Below are positions 25,474 to 30,738 of a DNA stretch of 30,738 bases, piece after piece; position 1 is the first letter of the stretch; every line of letters starts with the position of its first letter. A program made the translations under genes and the position numbers. The DNA lies in contig JAZRNI010000207.1 in NCBI GenBank assembly GCA_045648105.1, forward strand, positions 1-30,738. The letters run 5' to 3'. This stretch comes from Eubacteriales bacterium. GTDB lineage: Bacteria; Bacillota; Clostridia; Oscillospirales; CAG-272. Below the pieces are notes generated by a model, which did not search any database, was not told the DNA's origin, and saw only the letters and a list, made by a program, of their open reading frames with translations.

Positions 25474-25753
25474 GGAAAATTCGACAAAAATCCATCTACG
25501 CTTAATATTGTGCCATTCTACAAACTGTAGAAAGGCGCTCTACTCTCTATTTTCAAGAGAATTTTACACAAAATGTAAACTAAAATTAACATTTAAGGGG
25601 CGTTTTCGGGATTTTGGCATACAAAGCGGCATCTGCCAAAAGGCTCAATAGGTATCTTTGCGGTCGTTAAAACGAATTTAGCGGTTTTACACAATTAAAA
25701 ACGCACGCGCTTGTGCAAAGTGTAGAAAGTTAATTATGTTTACAAACTTGACC

Positions 25754-25782
25754 TTGACTTATTATATTTAATGTGATATTAT
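25754..25782 (+). promoter_or_regulatory. sigmaA promoter for the large lipoprotein
   Basis: TTGACT-17-TATTAT with TG extension. Confidence 0.6.
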
Positions 25783-25873
25783 TTTGCTGATTAAAGTAGA
25801 GTGATTTTCGTTGTTGATTGTTGTTCAAAACTAAATCGCTGCTTTTTAACAAATTATTTTTAAGGAGAGAAAA

Positions 25874-27700
25874 ATGAAAAAGAAACTGATTTGTCTTGTT
25901 CTTGCAATGGCAATGCTTCTTTCATGCGGTCTCATTCTGACGTCCTGCGACGACGAGGGAACAACGTGCACCGAGCACAAGGACCTTGATAAAAACGGCA
26001 AGTGCGACGTATGTCAGGCCGATATGGATGCAGAGTGCAGCCACGTTGACGAGGATGAGGACGGCGAGTGCGACGAGTGCGGCGAAACGCTGGATGACGG
26101 CGGCGATAACGGCGGCAATGACGGCGGCAATGACGGCGGCGGCGACGGTGAAACAACCAACTATGATGACATAGATTGGGAAGAAACGAAAATCATCTTC
26201 CAGATGACGCACAACTCCGACTCCGGTCAGAACCCCTCCGGATGCGAGAGATATCTTGCAGGCGAGTACGAGGGCGTGGATACTGACGATATCGACGACT
26301 GGGTTGTAGAGCGTAACGTTGCGGCTTACCTTACTACAAAGGTAGACGTTGAATACCTTTACTACAAGGACGTTGCTGACTATGACATGTCTCACGTTGG
26401 CGACGTAATTTACAGAACTATCTTCTCGGGCTCACAAAAGGATAACCCCGATATTTACTGTAACTTCAACGCGACCATGGTGGCACTTTCTCTTAAGGGA
26501 TGCTGGGCAAACCTCAAGTCGGAAACCAAGGGTAAGAACTACCTTCAGTTCAACTACGAGGGATACGACGAGGACGTTGATGACCTTGGATACATGTACG
26601 ATTACATGGAAAACTGCACGCTTTCTATGCAGAAGATGTACGTTCTTGCATCCGACTACTTTATGGACCTTATCAGAGCCTTCTACATAGTTCCCGTTAA
26701 CGTAAAGCTTCTTGAGTCTGTCGGTAACAACATCACGGGCGACCTTGACGGCGACCAGCAGTTCACTCTCGAGGACTTCTACGAGGAAGTAAGAAGAAAG
26801 AATTGGGACTTTGACCTTGTTGCTGCGTACAGCGCGGCTATCTATGCTCCCAGCGCGAGCAACACGACCGGTGGCGAGAGCATTCACGACAAACTCGGTT
26901 GGGCGATTTCCAACAACGGTATGTGCGGCTCGGGTGTGCTTTACACGACTCCTATTACTATTATAAATAAGATTCCCAACGCAGACGGCACTGATTACGA
27001 ATACAGCTATCCGGAAGAGTCTCCTCGCCTGTATACGCTTTGCGATAATCTCAGAGAACTTATGGACAAGACGGGCGTAATGGCAGTAGGTAGAGACCTT
27101 TCTCACAAGGAGTACGGCAACCTTGCGGACGACGCAATCAGAAAGAGATTCTGCGAAGACCAGATTCTTTTCGGCGGAATAATCCTTCTCGGCTCTCTTG
27201 AGTATGCTGAGTACCAGACTCTTAAGGGAAGCTCGGGCTTCGGCGTAGTTCCCGTTCCCTTCTACTACGACGCAAGCGATGATCCCGAGGCAAGATACCT
27301 TACCGGTATTCACAACAGCGGACGTAGCGGCGGTATTGCTGTAACAACCAGCAACTTCACCGCGTGCACCGCATTTATCGACTATCAGTCAACACACTCA
27401 ACGGACATCCTTAACGAGTACTACGACTACAAGCTTCAGTATCAGGTAGTTAACGGTAGCGATAGCCAGGGTACAGTTGAGATTCTTCAGTATATCAGAA
27501 GCAACGTACGTTCCAACTTCGACAAGACGATGGAAGACGCTATTAACGGTTACCACGATGCATATGACGATGAGTGGCACGTAATTATCTGCGCGAACGG
27601 ATACTACGTTGATATCCGTGATTCTTACAAGGCTCTGTATGATACGAAGATGACGAGACTTGATAACGTGCTTAAGAAATATCCGGCACTTCCCGCATAA
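25874..27700 (+). CDS. Large lipoprotein with Cys/His/Asp-rich N-terminal repeats and probable extracellular solute-binding domain
   Basis: SD AAGGAG; lipobox LTSC; strong NNC codon bias; SBP family 1-like elements (WDFD, FGVVPVP, FTACTAFIDYQS, YYDYKLQY). SBP assignment is inference. Confidence 0.7.
   Translation: MKKKLICLVLAMAMLLSCGLILTSCDDEGTTCTEHKDLDKNGKCDVCQADMDAECSHVDEDEDGECDECGETLDDGGDNGGNDGGNDGGGDGETTNYDDIDWEETKIIFQMTHNSDSGQNPSGCERYLAGEYEGVDTDDIDDWVVERNVAAYLTTKVDVEYLYYKDVADYDMSHVGDVIYRTIFSGSQKDNPDIYCNFNATMVALSLKGCWANLKSETKGKNYLQFNYEGYDEDVDDLGYMYDYMENCTLSMQKMYVLASDYFMDLIRAFYIVPVNVKLLESVGNNITGDLDGDQQFTLEDFYEEVRRKNWDFDLVAAYSAAIYAPSASNTTGGESIHDKLGWAISNNGMCGSGVLYTTPITIINKIPNADGTDYEYSYPEESPRLYTLCDNLRELMDKTGVMAVGRDLSHKEYGNLADDAIRKRFCEDQILFGGIILLGSLEYAEYQTLKGSSGFGVVPVPFYYDASDDPEARYLTGIHNSGRSGGIAVTTSNFTACTAFIDYQSTHSTDILNEYYDYKLQYQVVNGSDSQGTVEILQYIRSNVRSNFDKTMEDAINGYHDAYDDEWHVIICANGYYVDIRDSYKALYDTKMTRLDNVLKKYPALPA
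26096..26148 (+). repeat. 12-bp coding tandem repeat (Gly/Asp/Asn linker)
   Basis: About 4.4 copies of GACGGCGGCAAT encoding DGGDNGGNDGGNDGGGDG. Confidence 0.85.
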
Positions 27701-27721
27701 TCGAAAACCTTTAAAGCTTTC

Positions 27722-27753
27722 ATTGCCCTCGCGCATCTGCGAGGGCAATTTTT
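27722..27753 (+). terminator. Intrinsic terminator after the lipoprotein
   Basis: ATTGCCCTCGC-6-GCGAGGGCAAT perfect 11-bp stem followed by TTTT. Confidence 0.8.
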
Positions 27754-27771
27754 AAAAATGAAGGAGAAAAA

Positions 27772-28437
27772 ATGATAAGAGTAATTCTGGCATCTGCGTC
27801 ACCGCGCCGACGCGAGCTTCTGTCGAAGATGATTTCACGTTTCGAGATAATAGTAGAGGAAATCGACGAGAGCTTGCCAAGCGACGTTCATCCGCGCGAC
27901 GGAGTGCGGCTTCTGGCAGAACGCAAGGGAAAAGCGCTTTTAAATTCCCACAAACTCAATCAAGTGGGGAGTTTGGTTGAAAATAACCTGGAAAAAAGTC
28001 AAGAAGTGGATAATTACATCTTGGATTCACTCAAAAACCGAGGGTCTTGTGGTGAATGTATGATAATTTCATCTGATACACTGGTTGAAATTGATTCAAA
28101 GCCGCTTGGAAAGCCGTCCTCACCCGAGGATGCTTTTGAAATGCTCAGTATTCTTAAGGGAAAAGTGCACAACGTGCATACGGGAATTGCCGTGCATTAC
28201 AAAGGAAGAGTTTACAGTGATACAGCCAACTCTGCTGTGTATTTTAAGGATTTTTCAGATGAAAAGGCGTGGGAATACATAAAAAGCGGTGAGCCTATGG
28301 ATAAAGCAGGCGCATACGCAATACAGGGCGCAGGAGTGGAGCTTGTATCTAAATTTGATGGCGATTTTGATACGATTGTGGGGCTGTCGCTCAATTTAAC
28401 GAAAAAACTCATAAAAAAGGCGCTTGAAAATGAATAA
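27772..28437 (+). CDS. maf: Maf-family nucleoside triphosphate pyrophosphatase with internal insertion
   Basis: LASASPRRRELL, DES, SDT, GKP, EPMDKAGAYAIQG, IVGL; SD AAGGAG. Confidence 0.92.
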   Translation: MIRVILASASPRRRELLSKMISRFEIIVEEIDESLPSDVHPRDGVRLLAERKGKALLNSHKLNQVGSLVENNLEKSQEVDNYILDSLKNRGSCGECMIISSDTLVEIDSKPLGKPSSPEDAFEMLSILKGKVHNVHTGIAVHYKGRVYSDTANSAVYFKDFSDEKAWEYIKSGEPMDKAGAYAIQGAGVELVSKFDGDFDTIVGLSLNLTKKLIKKALENE

Positions 28438-29101
28438 AGGACAAAAAAGACAGAGGCTTGCCCTGATAGCGGACCGCCTTGAAGAAATTTATCCGATAGC
28501 TCCTTGCGCGCTTGAATACGGGGGAGATGGCTGGAAATTGCTCGTGATGGGCAGACTGTCCGCCCAATGTACCGACGCGCGAGTAAACGAGGTTTCAAAG
28601 GTGCTTTTTGAAAAGTACCCGACCGCTGAGGTATTGGCTCGGGCAGGCGTTGCGGACGTGGAGAGCATAATCAAGCCCTGCGGACTTTACCGTATGAAGG
28701 CTAAAAACATCATAGACGCCTCAGCGCGGCTTGTTGACGATTATAACGGAATTATTCCGAGGAGTATGGATGAGCTCTTGCGCTTTGAGGGCGTAGGCAG
28801 GAAGATTGCGAATCTTTTGCTCGGCGACCTTTACAGGCTTCCGTGTGTCGTGTGCGACACTCACTGCATAAGAATTTGCGCGCGGCTCGGTATGTATTCC
28901 GAAAAAGAAAAAAATCCCGACAGGGTGGAAAAAATCTTACGCGAGCTGCTTGATTTGAGCCGCGGCAGCGATTTTTGCCACAGGATAGTCCTCTTCGGAC
29001 GCGAAATTTGCACCGCGAGAAGTCCGAAATGCAAGGAATGTCCCCTTGCGGACCTATGCGAGAAAAATCTTGCTCTCTTACGGAAGAAGGGAGATGCGTG
29101 A
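28430..29101 (+). CDS. nth: Endonuclease III
   Basis: LSAQCTDARVN, HhH EGVGRKIAN, CDTH, 4Fe-4S CTARSPKCKECPLADLC; overlaps the maf stop. Confidence 0.95.
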   Translation: MNKGQKRQRLALIADRLEEIYPIAPCALEYGGDGWKLLVMGRLSAQCTDARVNEVSKVLFEKYPTAEVLARAGVADVESIIKPCGLYRMKAKNIIDASARLVDDYNGIIPRSMDELLRFEGVGRKIANLLLGDLYRLPCVVCDTHCIRICARLGMYSEKEKNPDRVEKILRELLDLSRGSDFCHRIVLFGREICTARSPKCKECPLADLCEKNLALLRKKGDA

Positions 29102-29697
29102 TGGAAAAAATCAAGGTTGATTTGCCGATAATCGTTGAAGGTAAGTACGATAAAATCACCCTCTCGTCGGCTGTTGATGCAAGAATTATCACACTCTCCG
29201 GCTTTTCTGTATTTAATTCCAAGGAAAAGCAGCTTTTGATACGCCGTCTTGCCGAGGCGGGAGGTATTATACTTCTTACCGACAGTGACAGCGGCGGCAA
29301 GCAGATACGCTCCTTTCTTTCGGGCATTGTGCCGAGCGACAAGCTCTATCACGTATATATACCGCAGATAAAGGGAAAGGAAAAGCGTAAAAGCGCTCCC
29401 TCAAAGCAGGGACTTCTCGGTGTTGAGGGTATGGAAAGAGAGCTGCTTTTAAAGCTTCTTTCACCGTTTGAGAGCGGTAAAGGATATAAAAAATCATCTC
29501 GCTTATCGGAAAGGGAAGTGACGAAAACCGAGCTTTTTCTTGACGGATTGTCAGGCAAGGAAAATTCATCACAAAGACGCGCGCGGCTCTTGGAGCTTTG
29601 CTCTTTGCCTGCCGATATGAGCGCAAACGCTATGCTTGACGCGATAAATATGCTTTATACCTACGGTGAGTATAAGGACTTACTTTCCAAAATTTAA
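29101..29697 (+). CDS. rnmV: TOPRIM plus DUF4093 protein, ribonuclease M5-like
   Basis: IIVEGKYD, LTDSDSGG..IR, KGKEKRK..PSKQGLLGVEG, L..DGLSG; TGATG overlap with nth gives ATG 29101. Confidence 0.8.
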   Translation: MEKIKVDLPIIVEGKYDKITLSSAVDARIITLSGFSVFNSKEKQLLIRRLAEAGGIILLTDSDSGGKQIRSFLSGIVPSDKLYHVYIPQIKGKEKRKSAPSKQGLLGVEGMERELLLKLLSPFESGKGYKKSSRLSEREVTKTELFLDGLSGKENSSQRRARLLELCSLPADMSANAMLDAINMLYTYGEYKDLLSKI

Positions 29698-29819
29698 AAA
29701 TGCCCGGCAGAGAACGGATTTTTTCCCGAATTTGCGGGGCTTTTTGCTTCATAAGGCATTTTGTGCATAAAATGTAATTATTTTTCGAAATAGATTGATA
29801 AAATTTTGTCGTTTTCCTA

Positions 29820-29848
29820 TTTACTTTTGTGTTAGCATGTGCTATAAT
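29820..29848 (+). promoter_or_regulatory. sigmaA promoter for PFOR
   Basis: TTTACT-17-TATAAT with TG extension. Confidence 0.6.
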
Positions 29849-29886
29849 ACTTAATTGGTAATAAATCTTATTACTACTGAGAATAA

Positions 29887-30738
<852 letters not shown>

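Noticed and set aside
26432-27313. 293-aa ORF on the - strand (also 25922-26395 and 27398-27748)
   Set aside because: Antisense to a strongly NNC-biased gene, which suppresses stops on the opposite strand; Val-rich nonsense composition.
29698-29750. Terminator after rnmV
   Set aside because: GCCC..GGGC plus T run is present but the stem is heavily mismatched, so I could not call it with confidence.
29831-29846. CIRCE (HrcA) element at the PFOR promoter
   Set aside because: TTAGCA and TGCTA arms lack the CTC/GAG extensions and the 9-bp spacer.

Overview
Core-chromosome window from a spore-forming Clostridia-class Firmicute (Oscillospirales/Ruminococcaceae-like by gene content, SD sites and TG-extended sigmaA promoters; this taxonomy is inference). 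In order: guaB (3'-truncated by window edge), cyclophilin lipoprotein, holA, DUF1934-like gene, a MgsA-fold gene, pfkA, surE plus two tandem DHH/DHHA1 phosphoesterases, Fur-family regulator plus putative metal permease, a lipoprotein, rubrerythrin, a DUF6270-like gene split by one in-frame TAA, Mn catalase, a repeat mosaic, a CrtO-like membrane protein, addA, truB, ACT plus UPF0210 pair, spoIIE, PAP2 phosphatase, a GT8-acyltransferase fusion, a large solute-binding-like lipoprotein, maf-nth-rnmV, and the 5' part of pyruvate:ferredoxin oxidoreductase. I saw no rRNA, tRNA, transposase, integrase or CRISPR array. The best leads are: (1) a MgsA homologue that lost its catalytic residues but keeps a consensus promoter, divergent from a PfkA with a C-terminal insertion; (2) a GT8-LPLAT fusion whose promoter is flanked by Spo0A-like boxes; (3) a nested inverted/direct repeat mosaic at 13037-13290 that encloses a hairpin and supplies a -35 box; (4) the nonsense-split DUF6270-like gene; (5) an about 33-aa AT-rich in-frame insertion in Maf. 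All family assignments come from motif recognition by eye; no searches were run.
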